DNA of 32,000 bases from assembly GCF_051307035.1 (NCBI RefSeq), contig NZ_CP195536.1, positions 2,806,592-2,838,591 on the forward strand, given 5' to 3'. This DNA is from Psychrobacter sp. DM4. GTDB taxonomy: Bacteria > Pseudomonadota > Gammaproteobacteria > Pseudomonadales > Moraxellaceae. Within the stretch, counting starts at the first letter, position 1; every line of letters starts with the position of its first letter. Shown here in pieces: positions 1 to 9,708 of the stretch. The translations under genes were made by a program, and so were the position numbers. The notes beneath the pieces were generated by a model. That model had not been told where the DNA came from and did no database searches. It saw only the letters and a program-made list of their open reading frames with translations.

Positions 1-709
1 GGCGGATAGACTCCTCAGAACCTTTTGCCAGTACCACTTGCGCTTCAGCATCACGGCGTGAGGCTTCCAGACGTCCATCGGCCTCCAAGATAGCCGCTTG
101 CTTTTGACCATCGGCACGCGTCACGGTTGCACGGCGCAAACGTTCTGCGGCAGCCTGCTCTTCCATCGACGCTTGCATGGTTTGTGAAGGGTTGATGTCT
201 TGAATCTCGACCGTCTTTAGCGTGATACCCCAATCGGCGATATCTTCTGAGATAGCATTTTTGAGCAGTGCTTTGATCTCATCACGGCTAGATAACGCGT
301 TATCCAAATCCATCTCACCAATGATTGAGCGCAATGAGGTTTGTACCAAATTGCGAATACCATACTCGTAATCTTCGATACCATAAACGGCTTTGTCTGG
401 GCGTACGATGTTAATGTAAGCCACCGCATTGGCGATGATTACGACGTTATCACGAGTAATTACTTCTTGTGAGGGAATATCAAGTACGATGTCTTTGGTC
501 GTGACTTTATACGCTACTCTATCGATAAACGGGATAATCAATGTTAGACCAGGCTCGAGCGTCTGATTATATTTACCGAGACGCTGAACCACCCATTTAT
601 AGCCTTGCGGTACGATACGTACGCCTTTGAACACGGTAAAGATTATCAGGGCAATCAATACCACCATGACGATCCCGCCGCCACCTAGGATACCTATAAT
701 ACTGTTCAT
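1..709 (-). CDS. SPFH/band-7 (stomatin/QmcA-like) membrane protein; 3' end runs off the window
   Basis: Absent from the ORF track because it is open at the window edge. Manual translation from ATG at 709 (AAGGAGA upstream) gives MNSIIGILGGGGIVMVVLIALIIFTVFKGVRIVPQGYKWVVQRLGKYNQTLEPGL...ITRDNV...EEQAAAERLRRA. This shows an N-terminal TM helix, an SPFH core and an Ala/Glu-rich tail. It lies directly downstream of an NfeD gene, the classic pairing. Confidence 0.85.
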   Translation of the reverse strand, partial: MNSIIGILGGGGIVMVVLIALIIFTVFKGVRIVPQGYKWVVQRLGKYNQTLEPGLTLIIPFIDRVAYKVTTKDIVLDIPSQEVITRDNVVIIANAVAYINIVRPDKAVYGIEDYEYGIRNLVQTSLRSIIGEMDLDNALSSRDEIKALLKNAISEDIADWGITLKTVEIQDINPSQTMQASMEEQAAAERLRRATVTRADGQKQAAILEADGRLEASRRDAEAQVVLAKGSEESIR

Positions 710-820
710 ACTGCTCTCCTTGGACGCTTGCCATCAATGAGGCTGCAAAACGTCGTATTTATATCGTCTTTTTGCATTTCATATTTATACTTCAAGCCTT
801 GTAATAAAAGGCGTTATCAC

Positions 821-1441
821 TCATTTATCGTTAAATTTCTTTCTTAAACGGGCTCGATCTAAATTTGGCTTGTTTAAATTTAATCTGCTGGTTTTGACTT
901 TTTCTCTAACAGCGTCTTTTGTTATAGGATTGGTAATATTGGGAGCAAGATGACCCTCAGTAGTAGGAGGTGCCAAACGCTGAGTAGGCGCTACTATCAG
1001 ATCATTACCGCTAGTACCTGTCACCACAACTCTATCGCCAATCTCTACTACCGCATCTTCAGTACGACACGTCCATTCATCTGCGCCGAATATGGGGACA
1101 TTGAAACGTATCATGCCAACCGTATCTGCTTGCGGCTTAACAACGATCATGCCTGTTTCGCCGATGATAGTACTATTGCTCTGTCCAGCCTTTTTGCGGT
1201 CAATGGATAAAGGCTTGATGTATTTAATCCAGGCAAACATAAATAGCACTGATAAGCCTAACCAAACAAGGACTTGCACGACCAAAGGCACTGGCAATAA
1301 CCAAGCAAGAGCCGCCACAATGATAGCCGCTGCACCGAACCAAAGGCTTGCAAAGGTTGGAATGAATATCTCAGCAATCATCAACAAGAAGCCTAGTACG
1401 AGCCAATGCCAAGGCTCAATCATCCAAATAGTCTCAATCAT
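821..1441 (-). CDS. NfeD-family membrane protein (partner of the SPFH protein)
   Basis: 206-aa ORF with AGGAG about 9 nt upstream of ATG 1441. The N-terminal half is hydrophobic with multiple TM helices. The soluble part, GETGMIVVKPQADTVGMIRFNVPIFGADEWTCRTEDAVVEIGDRVVVTGTSGNDLIV, is typical of the NfeD OB-fold. It sits upstream of the SPFH gene. Confidence 0.7.
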   Translation of the reverse strand: MIETIWMIEPWHWLVLGFLLMIAEIFIPTFASLWFGAAAIIVAALAWLLPVPLVVQVLVWLGLSVLFMFAWIKYIKPLSIDRKKAGQSNSTIIGETGMIVVKPQADTVGMIRFNVPIFGADEWTCRTEDAVVEIGDRVVVTGTSGNDLIVAPTQRLAPPTTEGHLAPNITNPITKDAVREKVKTSRLNLNKPNLDRARLRKKFNDK

Positions 1442-1580
1442 TGCGGTATGCTCCTAGTCATTCCTATCCTTTAATGTAGCACACTTACGTTATCAACATT
1501 GTCTTAAAAATCAATACCATACTATTAATTATAGTTTACAATGATTCAATGAAAAATATTGTTATATAGCAGTTATCCAT

Positions 1581-1610
1581 AAAAAAACGACCACCGGAGT
1601 GATCGTTTTA
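1581..1610 (-). terminator. Rho-independent terminator after the OMP gene
   Basis: The minus strand reads AAAACGATCACTCCGGTGGTCGTTTTTTT: an 8-bp stem (one G-U pair), a 4-nt loop and a T7 run, about 25 nt after the stop at 1635. Confidence 0.7.
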
Positions 1611-1634
1611 TTAAGCTTAGTTATAGACTTTATC

Positions 1635-2177
1635 TTAGAACTTTACATGAGCACCTATAGTCAATAACGAGGCGTCAGAATCGCTATCCATCATGGCATA
1701 TTCAGCTTCAACATTGAAATCAGGGCTTATAGCATAGCCAAGACCAATACCACCTGCAATACCAGTGTCATCAATAGAGTCGCTACCACCATTATTAAAA
1801 TCAGCTTCTAACTCTGTTTTGGCAATACCAAGTTTACCTTTGGCATACAAAGCAGTATTTGGGAAAGCGTAACGGTAAGTACCATAAGCGCCATAGGTTT
1901 TAATGTCGTATTCTCCATTAAAACTATTGTCTAAATCTGCATCATCTGATCCTACATACTCAACTTCCATACCAAAGTTTGGATCGAAGTTATAACCAGC
2001 ATAGACACCATAAGCCGTTGGATCATCGCCGTCAACATCGGTATCAAATTGACCAACTTTGACACCAACGTAGGGCTGACCGGTATAACCATTACCATAA
2101 GTAATAGCGGCTTGTGCGCTTACGCTCAATAGTGAACCAGCTGCTAATGCGAGTAGTGTTTTTTGTAGAGTTTTCAT
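1635..2177 (-). CDS. Small outer-membrane beta-barrel protein (OmpA-like/OMP_b-brl porin family)
   Basis: The start is taken at the internal ATG 2177 (GAAGGAGAGCACAATG) rather than the ORF-track start at 2210. The signal peptide is MKTLQKTLLALAAGSLLSVSAQA. The sequence has alternating aromatic/Gly-rich beta-strand patterns and a C-terminal ...AHVKF with terminal Phe. Confidence 0.75.
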   Translation of the reverse strand: MKTLQKTLLALAAGSLLSVSAQAAITYGNGYTGQPYVGVKVGQFDTDVDGDDPTAYGVYAGYNFDPNFGMEVEYVGSDDADLDNSFNGEYDIKTYGAYGTYRYAFPNTALYAKGKLGIAKTELEADFNNGGSDSIDDTGIAGGIGLGYAISPDFNVEAEYAMMDSDSDASLLTIGAHVKF

Positions 2178-2433
2178 TGTGCTCTCCTTCAGTTGAAATT
2201 TGACAAACAAGTAATTTATTTATGTAGATCGTTATGATCTTATCGTCTTGTCTGCTAACGATGTATACATAGTAACAAATTATTTCAAGGCGTCTGTCAG
2301 TCGTTGATAGCAGGAGAGTTAAGATTTGCAATCATTTATCAGTGACGAAGTTACAAAGGTCGATATATGAAACCTTTTGTTACATTGCTAGAGTTTGCAA
2401 TAAATTTATGTCCTTGGATAAGTCTTCTCATGC

Positions 2434-2465
2434 ATAAAAAAACGCACTCCGAGGAATGCGTTTCT
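2434..2465 (-). terminator. Rho-independent terminator after dnaK
   Basis: The minus strand reads AACGCATTCCTCGGAGTGCGTTTTTTT: an 8-9 bp stem followed by a T7 run, about 60 nt after the dnaK stop. Confidence 0.75.
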
Positions 2466-2522
2466 GATTAAGGGCTAAAGGCTAAAAGAGATACTGATAC
2501 TTTAGCGAATGACTAGTACTAA

Positions 2523-4463
2523 TTACTTCTTGTCATCGTTAACTTCAGTGAATTCAGCATCGACGACATCATCATCAGCTTGTGAGCTATCTGCTGATTC
2601 AGTCTCTTGGCCAAACTGACCTGGATCCATACCCTCGCCGCCTGCGCCGCTATCAGCATAAATCTTTTGGCTGACTGGTAAGAATGCATTGTCTAATGCT
2701 TCAAGCTTAGCTTTGATATCTTCGTGGTCATCTTCTTTGGTCGCCGTTTCTAGATCAGAGATAGCCGTTTCGACTGATGATTTTTCTTCATCAGTGACTT
2801 TATCTTCTGCGTCTTTTAGCGCTTTTTGTACCGCATGGATACGACCGTCCGCTTCGTTACGCACTTGCGCTAGATTTGCGAACTTCTCATCTTCTTCAGC
2901 GTTAGCTTCAGCGTCACGTACCATTTGCTCGACTTCTTCATCCGACAAACCAGAGTCTGCTTTGATCTGGATGCTTTGCGCTTTGCCTGTACCTTTATCA
3001 GTTGCTGAGATGTTCATGATACCGTCAGCATTGATGTCAAAGGTGACCTCGATTTGCGGCAGACCGCGCGGCGCTGGTGGAATATCCGTCAAATCAAAAC
3101 GACCAAGCTGTTTGTTTTGATTGGCGATTTTACGCTCACCTTGATACACCTGAATCGTGACCGCTGGCTGGTTGTCTTCAGCAGTTGAGAATACTTGTGA
3201 TTTCTTGGTCGGAATCATGGTGTTCTTTTCGATAACTGGTGTCATTACGCCGCCCATCGTTTCGATACCGAGGGTTAACGGCGTAACATCGAGCAATAGG
3301 ACGTCAGTTTTGTCGCCAGATAAGACCGCACCTTGAATCGCTGCACCTGCGGCAACAGCTTCATCAGGGTTAACGTCTTTACGCGGCTCTTGACCAAAAA
3401 AGTCTTGAACGTGTTGTTGTACCAGTGGCATACGTGTCTGACCACCAACTAAGATAACGTCGTCGATATCAGTTAGCTTGATGCCTGCATCTTCTAGAGC
3501 TATCTTACAAGGACCCATGGTGCGCTTGACGAGTTCTTCAGTTAGGCTCTCAAGTTTTGAGCGGCTGATCGTGATGACCAAATGCTTAGGACCGTTGCTG
3601 TCTGCGGTGATATACGGCAAGTTGACTTCAGTACTTTGCGCACTTGAAAGTTCAATCTTCGCTTTTTCAGCAGCCTCTTTAAGACGCTGCATAGCAAGAG
3701 AGTCGCCTTTTAGGTTGACGCCTTGCTCTTTTTTGAACTCGTCAACGAGATAGTCAATAAGCGCTGAGTCAAAGTCTTCACCGCCGAGGAACGTATCACC
3801 GTTAGTGGCGAGTACTTCAAATTGCTGCTCACCATCGACATCAGCGATTTCAATGATTGAGACATCAAACGTACCACCGCCTAAGTCATATACGGCAACC
3901 GTGCTATCGCCTTGCTTTTTGTCCATGCCATAAGCGAGGGCTGCAGCAGTTGGCTCATTAATGATACGCTTAACATCAAGACCGGCGATTTTACCCGCAT
4001 CTTTGGTCGCTTGACGCTGCGAGTCATTGAAGTAAGCAGGAACAGTGATGACCGCTTCTGAGACGCTCTCACCAAGATAGTCTTCTGCTGTTTTTTTCAT
4101 CTTTTTCAAGATTTCGGCTGAAACTTGTGGTGGTGCTAATTTTTTGCCGTTGATTTCGACCCAAGCATCGCCATTGTCCGCTTTTGCGATCTTGTACGGA
4201 ACCATGCCGATGTCTTTTTGTACGACTTTGTCATCGAAGCGGCGACCGATCAGACGCTTGATAGCAAACAAAGTGTTCTTTGGATTGGTAACTGCTTGGC
4301 GCTTAGCTGATTGACCAACGAGCGTTTCGTCATCTTTGTAAGCGACGATTGAAGGTGTGGTACGCGTACCTTCAGCATTCTCGATAATTTTAACGCTATC
4401 GCCTTCCATTACCGCCACACATGAGTTGGTGGTTCCTAAGTCAATACCGATTACTTTACCCAT
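2523..4463 (-). CDS. dnaK: Molecular chaperone DnaK (Hsp70)
   Basis: 646 aa. Contains [39 protein letters not shown] and an acidic C-terminal tail, which are unmistakable Hsp70 signatures. AGGAG lies upstream of ATG 4463. Confidence 0.98.
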   Translation of the reverse strand: MGKVIGIDLGTTNSCVAVMEGDSVKIIENAEGTRTTPSIVAYKDDETLVGQSAKRQAVTNPKNTLFAIKRLIGRRFDDKVVQKDIGMVPYKIAKADNGDAWVEINGKKLAPPQVSAEILKKMKKTAEDYLGESVSEAVITVPAYFNDSQRQATKDAGKIAGLDVKRIINEPTAAALAYGMDKKQGDSTVAVYDLGGGTFDVSIIEIADVDGEQQFEVLATNGDTFLGGEDFDSALIDYLVDEFKKEQGVNLKGDSLAMQRLKEAAEKAKIELSSAQSTEVNLPYITADSNGPKHLVITISRSKLESLTEELVKRTMGPCKIALEDAGIKLTDIDDVILVGGQTRMPLVQQHVQDFFGQEPRKDVNPDEAVAAGAAIQGAVLSGDKTDVLLLDVTPLTLGIETMGGVMTPVIEKNTMIPTKKSQVFSTAEDNQPAVTIQVYQGERKIANQNKQLGRFDLTDIPPAPRGLPQIEVTFDINADGIMNISATDKGTGKAQSIQIKADSGLSDEEVEQMVRDAEANAEEDEKFANLAQVRNEADGRIHAVQKALKDAEDKVTDEEKSSVETAISDLETATKEDDHEDIKAKLEALDNAFLPVSQKIYADSGAGGEGMDPGQFGQETESADSSQADDDVVDAEFTEVNDDKK

Positions 4464-4590
4464 AATTAAATACTCCTAATTTTTTGATTATTGTGTTGAG
4501 TGCTAGCCTTACTATATCGCTTATGATTTTAGAATCTATAACCGAGAAGTAAGGCTGACATATCAGACCTTAGTAGGTCACTTGTTGCTT

Positions 4591-4620
4591 TATATCGGTT
4601 TACGCACGCATTTTTTCAAG
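4591..4620 (-). promoter_or_regulatory. Candidate sigma-32 (heat-shock) promoter for dnaK
   Basis: The minus strand reads gaCTTGAAaaaatgcgtgcgtaaaCCGATATA. CTTGAA matches the -35 core. CCGATATA matches 7 of 8 positions of CCCATNTA, with a 16-nt spacer. It lies about 130 nt upstream of the dnaK ATG. Confidence 0.55.
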
Positions 4621-4704
4621 TCAATGCCTACGTAATCCTTAGTTTTTATGTGAATTTTTGTGAATATCCCTGATATAAACAAGGATTATATCATCGACTA
4701 ATTA

Positions 4705-5304
4705 TTATTGACCGACGCGAACCATAGCAGGACGCAATAAACGACCGTTTAGACTATAGCCTTTTTGCAGTACAGTCCCTACCGTATCTGCCTCAGCTTC
4801 AGCGTCTATACCGACTGCTTCATGAAAATCAGCATTGAATTTTTCGCCCATAGGATTGACAACTTCGACACCGTTTTTGCTCAGTACTGCAACGAGGGCT
4901 TTATGCGTTAATTGAACGCCTTCAGCCACAGGATCATCCGCATTAGCACTTTCGATGGCGCGCTCTAAATTGTCGACAATCTCAAGTAATTCTCTCGCAA
5001 ATTTCTGTAGAGCGAATTTTTTACTTTTATCCGCTTCTTGTTCTATACGTTTTTGGGCGTTGTAGGTTTCAGCATTGGCGCGGGCAGTGCCTTCGCGAGC
5101 TTGCTTCACCTCGCCTTCTAATTCTTTGATACGCGCTTCAAAGACACTTAAGTCGATATCGCTCTCTATAGTTTCATTATGACCTGAATTATTGGCAGGA
5201 TCGAATTCATCCATAGTTTCAGCGAGCACGCTCTCATTGCCCTCGATATTGTCGTGCGCCGTTTGCTCATTGCTGTTATTTTGATTGGGGTTGTTCTCGC
5301 TCAT
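4705..5304 (-). CDS. grpE: Nucleotide exchange factor GrpE
   Basis: 199 aa. It has a long helical region (RIEQEADKSKKFALQKFARELLEIVDNLERA) and a C-terminal beta domain (GTVLQKGYSLNGRLLRPAMVRV). It sits immediately upstream of dnaK, with AGGAG before the ATG. Confidence 0.95.
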   Translation of the reverse strand: MSENNPNQNNSNEQTAHDNIEGNESVLAETMDEFDPANNSGHNETIESDIDLSVFEARIKELEGEVKQAREGTARANAETYNAQKRIEQEADKSKKFALQKFARELLEIVDNLERAIESANADDPVAEGVQLTHKALVAVLSKNGVEVVNPMGEKFNADFHEAVGIDAEAEADTVGTVLQKGYSLNGRLLRPAMVRVGQ

Positions 5305-5450
5305 GATAACTCCTTATGATTGCGATAAATAATTTAAGACCTATTAGCCACTCATCCTTCTGTGCTTGTACTCGTTTGCAACTGATAGGTTTTTTAAGTG
5401 GTTTGACTGTTACTATTTGCTCTTTTATAGAGCTATCTCAATAGCTGATT

Positions 5451-5480
5451 GATAAAGGCTATAGGTGCTAATTTCAAGCC
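5451..5480 (-). promoter_or_regulatory. Possible sigma-32 promoter for grpE (weak -10)
   Basis: The minus strand reads ggCTTGAAAttagcacctatagCCTTTATC. The -35 is good, but the -10 matches CCCCATNT only poorly. Confidence 0.3.
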
Positions 5481-5804
5481 TTTATCTTGGATAATTTTTT
5501 GGTGCTACCACTAGTCTCAATACTAGGCCCAACCCAAAAACATTGTAAGGCTTCTAGAGTATCAGCAGCATATCCATATTCTAAGTACTGCTATCAAGTT
5601 AAGTGTAAAAATACACTTACAAAAGGCACAAGAAGTACCAGTTATTCCAAATACTTTACTTTCCGTATATAAACCATTACCAAACAGCACTCAACTTGTT
5701 TAATAGCTGCTTTATCATTCTCTCAAATAATCATCATCTATATAACACCTTAGAGTAAACGTTGGCTTTTGTGCTGACTATGCATTAAATAAGAGAGTAA
5801 GACT

Positions 5805-7226
5805 ATGAGAAATGTTATGCCAAACTCACCAATAACATCGCTCAATACTTGGATAAATAAAGCAGCGATAACCTCAAATAAAGACAACACTCAAACTGAT
5901 ATAGCGCTTTTAGAGCGGATAAAGAGCTACCACAATAATGAAAGCCCTACTAATGGCACTTATCGACTTGTCAGCGAAAAGCTCGCTAGTTACTTGCCAA
6001 CCAACGATTTTCAGCGTCATGCCCTTCATTATGTCTTAAAGGGTATCAGCTATTTGCCAGATCCATTACTAGAGAACGTAGTGACGCGTTTGAAGGGTCC
6101 GACATCCAAACAATATTTACATGCCGATGCGCATATGCGTCTGATCATTGCTGCAAACAGCAAACTGAAGACGCCGCTACATATCGATAAAATGCTAGAG
6201 CTACGTCAAAGATTCGCAGCTGATTCCGTTGCTATGCAAGCCCCAAAAGTATGGCAGCAAGAAGGCGTAGGTCAGCGCAGTAATCTTAAGCGCTTTATGA
6301 AAAAAGGGGCCAAGTCGGTAAATTGGCAAGACAAAACGATTGCTAATGCTGATGCGGGCGACATGAGGGTGCGCTGCTATCAGGCAAAGAATAACGATAA
6401 GGCCAACTCTAGCGCCAATCCTGATGAAACCGTGATGCTGTTTTTTCATGGTGGTGGATTCTGTATAGGCGACGTCGACACGCACCATGAGTTCTGCCAT
6501 GCCGTATGTGAGCAAACAGGCTGGGCTGTCGTTAGCGTTGACTATCGGTTAGCGCCTGAGCATCCAGCACCAGTAGCACTCAGAGACTGTATCGCCGCTT
6601 ACGCGTGGCTGGCTGAAAACTCTCATACTTTAGGCGCGTCTGCCAAGCGTATCGTATTAGCGGGTGATAGTGCAGGCGGCGGTATATCAACGCTGGTAGC
6701 GCAGCAAGTGATTACCCCGACTCAAAACGCATGGGCAGATTTGGGCGCTGAGGGTCAAAAGAGTTTTGCACAGCTTCAAAACCTGCCAGCACCGCTTGCG
6801 CAAATGCCACTATATCCTGTGACGGATGTCGAAAATGACTATCCTAGCTGGGAGCTGTACGGTGAAGGCTTGTTATTAGATCATGCTGATGTGGCGGTGT
6901 TTGACGCGGCATGCCTTGCTAATAGTCCGCTATCGCGCGATCATCTACTGATATCACCGATGCTAGGCGATAACCATCAGGTGTGTCCGACTTACGTGGT
7001 TGCATCCGAGCTCGATGTATTGCGTGACGAGGCTTTTGCTTATGCTAAGCAGTTAGAAGGTTTTGGTATCGCGACCCAGACGTATACTGTGCTCGGCGCG
7101 CCGCATGGCTTTATCCATTTGATGAGTGTTCATCAAGGCATTGCTAAAGAGACGCACAATATCATCAAGGGCTTCGCCGAATTTGTGAATGAAATTATAA
7201 AAGCTCAGGCCAGACTAGCGGCTTAA
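5805..7226 (+). CDS. Alpha/beta-hydrolase, hormone-sensitive-lipase family (family IV esterase/lipase) with a long N-terminal extension
   Basis: 473 aa. Oxyanion motif FFHGGGF (His215, nt 6447), nucleophile elbow GDSAGGG (Ser289), then ELDVLRDE and APHGF near the C-terminus. The HGGG box sits about 130 aa further from the N-terminus than in about 310-aa family IV esterases. Confidence 0.85.
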   Translation: MRNVMPNSPITSLNTWINKAAITSNKDNTQTDIALLERIKSYHNNESPTNGTYRLVSEKLASYLPTNDFQRHALHYVLKGISYLPDPLLENVVTRLKGPTSKQYLHADAHMRLIIAANSKLKTPLHIDKMLELRQRFAADSVAMQAPKVWQQEGVGQRSNLKRFMKKGAKSVNWQDKTIANADAGDMRVRCYQAKNNDKANSSANPDETVMLFFHGGGFCIGDVDTHHEFCHAVCEQTGWAVVSVDYRLAPEHPAPVALRDCIAAYAWLAENSHTLGASAKRIVLAGDSAGGGISTLVAQQVITPTQNAWADLGAEGQKSFAQLQNLPAPLAQMPLYPVTDVENDYPSWELYGEGLLLDHADVAVFDAACLANSPLSRDHLLISPMLGDNHQVCPTYVVASELDVLRDEAFAYAKQLEGFGIATQTYTVLGAPHGFIHLMSVHQGIAKETHNIIKGFAEFVNEIIKAQARLAA

Positions 7227-7291
7227 AGATTGAGTATCTGTATAAATTTCTTATCACGTAATCCGCTTTACCTTTTAATCGGTTCTACCTC

Positions 7292-8425
7292 CTAGTGCGT
7301 GTTGCCTTTTAAAGTAATGAGCCAAATCTCAGCACGCGATCCCAATCGAAACGGGATACCCCAAAAGCCATAACCTGAGGACACTACAAAGTGACCTTGG
7401 TTTATGGCTTCGTAGCCATAGCCTATTCTATTAATAGCCTTGACGATGAAGTTTGCCGGAAATACTTGTCCATTATGGGTATGCCCTGAGACCTGCAAGT
7501 CTATCGGTAGCTGACTGTGCTCCTCGATATCGCTCGGTCTATGGTCAAGTAGAACAACAGGCTCTGTCGTATCCACTTTCGCTAACAGTTCAGTGGTAGC
7601 GACGCGCTGACTCTTATGATTATCAAAACGTCCGACTAACCACAGCGGATCACCTTTGTGCTTAATCCTTAGCACCTCATCATTTAATAGTTGTACACCG
7701 GCGCGGCGTAGCGCGGCGCTAATAGGCTGCTCATGACCATACAAATCGTGATTGCCTAAAGTGGCATAAACGCCGTAAGGCACACTCGCGCATAGTTCAG
7801 CTAGATTTTTGGACATATTATAGGCATTAAACGCCTGCGTATTATCATCCATAATATCGCCTGGCATCAGCAAAATATCTGCTCGATTATCAATGAGGAG
7901 CTGATGCAACTTATCAATCGCTCTATTACCAAACAGGCGTCCAATATGTAGATCACTGGCCAGTGCCAAGCGCAAGGGATGAGATAACGGCTTATCAATC
8001 TCAAGGCTCAGCTTACGCACGACAGGCACGTAAGCGCTATAAAGCGCATAGACGAATAACCCTATGAATGTAATTAGCGCAAATACTCGAAGGCCAAAAT
8101 CTAGCTTGGCTGATTGAATTGGCGCTATGCTAGTAAATGAAGCCAGCAGCCAGTACCCGCCATACAAAATACTGATTGTTAGCGCAGTCAATATCACAAA
8201 ATGCATGATAAGCATCCACATACTCACCCAGCGATAGCTATTGGCAAAGGCTCTTTTGACGCTTAATACTAGCAGTCCATTAGTAACAGCAAATACTATG
8301 ATCCATACCGCTACTTGTAATGCCGAGGTACTCCAAGGCGCAAACCACCACTGCAAGCTGAGCGCAGCACCCGTACTAAAGAGCTGTAGGAGCATAAACA
8401 CAGTGATAAAAAACGTATAGCGCAT
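7292..8425 (-). CDS. Membrane-anchored metallophosphoesterase (calcineurin-like, COG1408/YaeI-type), paralog 1
   Basis: 377 aa. The N-terminal ~130 aa is multi-TM. Catalytic motifs follow: LASDLHIG, GDIMDD, GNHD, LLDHRP and SGHTHNGQ. Confidence 0.85.
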   Translation of the reverse strand: MRYTFFITVFMLLQLFSTGAALSLQWWFAPWSTSALQVAVWIIVFAVTNGLLVLSVKRAFANSYRWVSMWMLIMHFVILTALTISILYGGYWLLASFTSIAPIQSAKLDFGLRVFALITFIGLFVYALYSAYVPVVRKLSLEIDKPLSHPLRLALASDLHIGRLFGNRAIDKLHQLLIDNRADILLMPGDIMDDNTQAFNAYNMSKNLAELCASVPYGVYATLGNHDLYGHEQPISAALRRAGVQLLNDEVLRIKHKGDPLWLVGRFDNHKSQRVATTELLAKVDTTEPVVLLDHRPSDIEEHSQLPIDLQVSGHTHNGQVFPANFIVKAINRIGYGYEAINQGHFVVSSGYGFWGIPFRLGSRAEIWLITLKGNTH

Positions 8426-8534
8426 AAGGTACCCTAGAGCTGAATAGACTACAGATATGAGAACAGCTCAAACCAAAATCAATAAAAAAGCCGCTTAATA
8501 GTAGAGGCTGTTAAGTCATTATTAGGAGTTTGGC

Positions 8535-9608
8535 TTAGGACGTTGATTGTAACCTAATCATCCAAATCTCAGAGCGCGTACCGAATCTAAACGGCACAGG
8601 GCCGAACCCATAACCTGAGGTCACCAAAAACTGCGTATTCCCTAGCTTTTTTGCGCCATAATTGAGCGGTTCAAACCAGTTTTTTAGCATCGTTAACGGG
8701 AATATTTGCCCGCCATGCGTATGACCAGATAAATGCAAATCTACTGGCAGCACGCTGATCTCCTCCATCATTGAAGGGCGATGCTCCAAAAAGACTACAG
8801 GCTTGTCAGTATCGACTTGCTTGAGTAGCGTGTCCGCTGCTAACCTCGTCAAATCGACATCGTCTGAGCGCCCAACCAGCCACACCGCATCATTTAACAA
8901 TACACTTTCACTATCGAGCGCTGTAATGCCAGCCGCCTCCACAGCTTGAGTAATCTCTGCATCATAGCCTCGGTAGTCATGATTGCCAAGCGTAGCATAG
9001 ACGCCAAGCGGCGCTTTTAGCTGAGACAACTGCTCATGCATGTTGGTATTGTCATAAGCGATGGTCGTGTCATTCATAATGTCACCAGCGATGACGACCA
9101 CATCAGGGCTTTGCTCATCAATTAAGTTAACCATCTTTTTTATTTGCCGATTACCAAACCACCTACCCAAATGCGTATCAGAGATAAGCGCGATATCCAC
9201 AGGTTTATCTAAAGGCTTGTCAGTTGTGACCGTCATATAGCGAAGCGCTGGCGAATAAGCGTTAAATACTGCGAGCATTACTATGCTGGCAAAAGTGCCG
9301 ATAGCAAATAAACGCGTCTGCTTGGGATGTGGATTTTGTTTCAATACTTTGGCTAATATAAGCCTCGCTAGCGCTGTTATTACAATCGCATAGAACATAA
9401 ACCCTTGCAAGATGGCGACAACCAAATAGACATGAAAACGCTCGTACCAAAATTCGGTAAAACCATAAATGAGCGCCACATTATTAAACAGCAAAACAGC
9501 TATGATAAGCACAATCTTACTAGCAGCGCGCTTCGGTTTGATCATCCATAAAAGAATCATGATGGTTATGAGTGTAAGTAGCTGCGTAAAAATGATAAAA
9601 AACCACAT
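8535..9608 (-). CDS. Membrane-anchored metallophosphoesterase, paralog 2
   Basis: 357 aa with the same architecture and motifs as its neighbour: LISDTHLG, GDIMND, GNHD, FLEHRP and SGHTHGGQ. The C-terminus RSEIWMIRL compares with RAEIWLITL in paralog 1. Confidence 0.85.
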   Translation of the reverse strand: MWFFIIFTQLLTLITIMILLWMIKPKRAASKIVLIIAVLLFNNVALIYGFTEFWYERFHVYLVVAILQGFMFYAIVITALARLILAKVLKQNPHPKQTRLFAIGTFASIVMLAVFNAYSPALRYMTVTTDKPLDKPVDIALISDTHLGRWFGNRQIKKMVNLIDEQSPDVVVIAGDIMNDTTIAYDNTNMHEQLSQLKAPLGVYATLGNHDYRGYDAEITQAVEAAGITALDSESVLLNDAVWLVGRSDDVDLTRLAADTLLKQVDTDKPVVFLEHRPSMMEEISVLPVDLHLSGHTHGGQIFPLTMLKNWFEPLNYGAKKLGNTQFLVTSGYGFGPVPFRFGTRSEIWMIRLQSTS

Positions 9609-9640
9609 AACCCTATCTAACTATGTAAATATAAAGCCAG

Positions 9641-9680
9641 CTTACTGTACAGCGCCCTAAAGCTAAATAGCGCTAGTAAG
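9641..9680 (-). terminator. Possible terminator hairpin after the DUF393 gene
   Basis: Imperfect inverted repeat CTTACT(GTAC)AGCGC ... GCGCTAGTAAG, located 29 nt after the stop at 9709. The stem is bulged and only a weak T-rich tail follows. Confidence 0.3.
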
Positions 9681-9708
9681 TTTTCACTCAAACTTCATAG
9701 AAAATCCT

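Noticed and set aside
2689-4075. Plus-strand ORFs 2689-3120 and 3478-3753, and minus-strand out-of-frame ORF 3881-4075, all inside dnaK.
   Set aside because: They are shadow ORFs within an unambiguous, highly conserved Hsp70 gene. Their translations are Ser/Leu/Ala-rich and low-complexity, and they have no RBS.
4464-5480. Whether CIRCE/HrcA operators lie upstream of dnaK or grpE.
   Set aside because: There is no TTAGCACTC-N9-GAGTGCTAA-like inverted repeat. The promoters look sigma-32-type instead.
5598-5618. 8-bp hairpin TAAGTGTA-aaaa-TACACTTA in the grpE-esterase spacer.
   Set aside because: It is isolated, has no U-run and has no recognisable RNA-family context, so there is not enough evidence to call an sRNA or a terminator.
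5487-5672. 61-aa plus-strand ORF in the grpE-esterase spacer.
   Set aside because: It has a non-ATG start and no RBS. Its composition is odd (Lys/Ser/Tyr/Cys-rich) and it lies in AT-rich intergenic DNA, so it is most likely a chance ORF.
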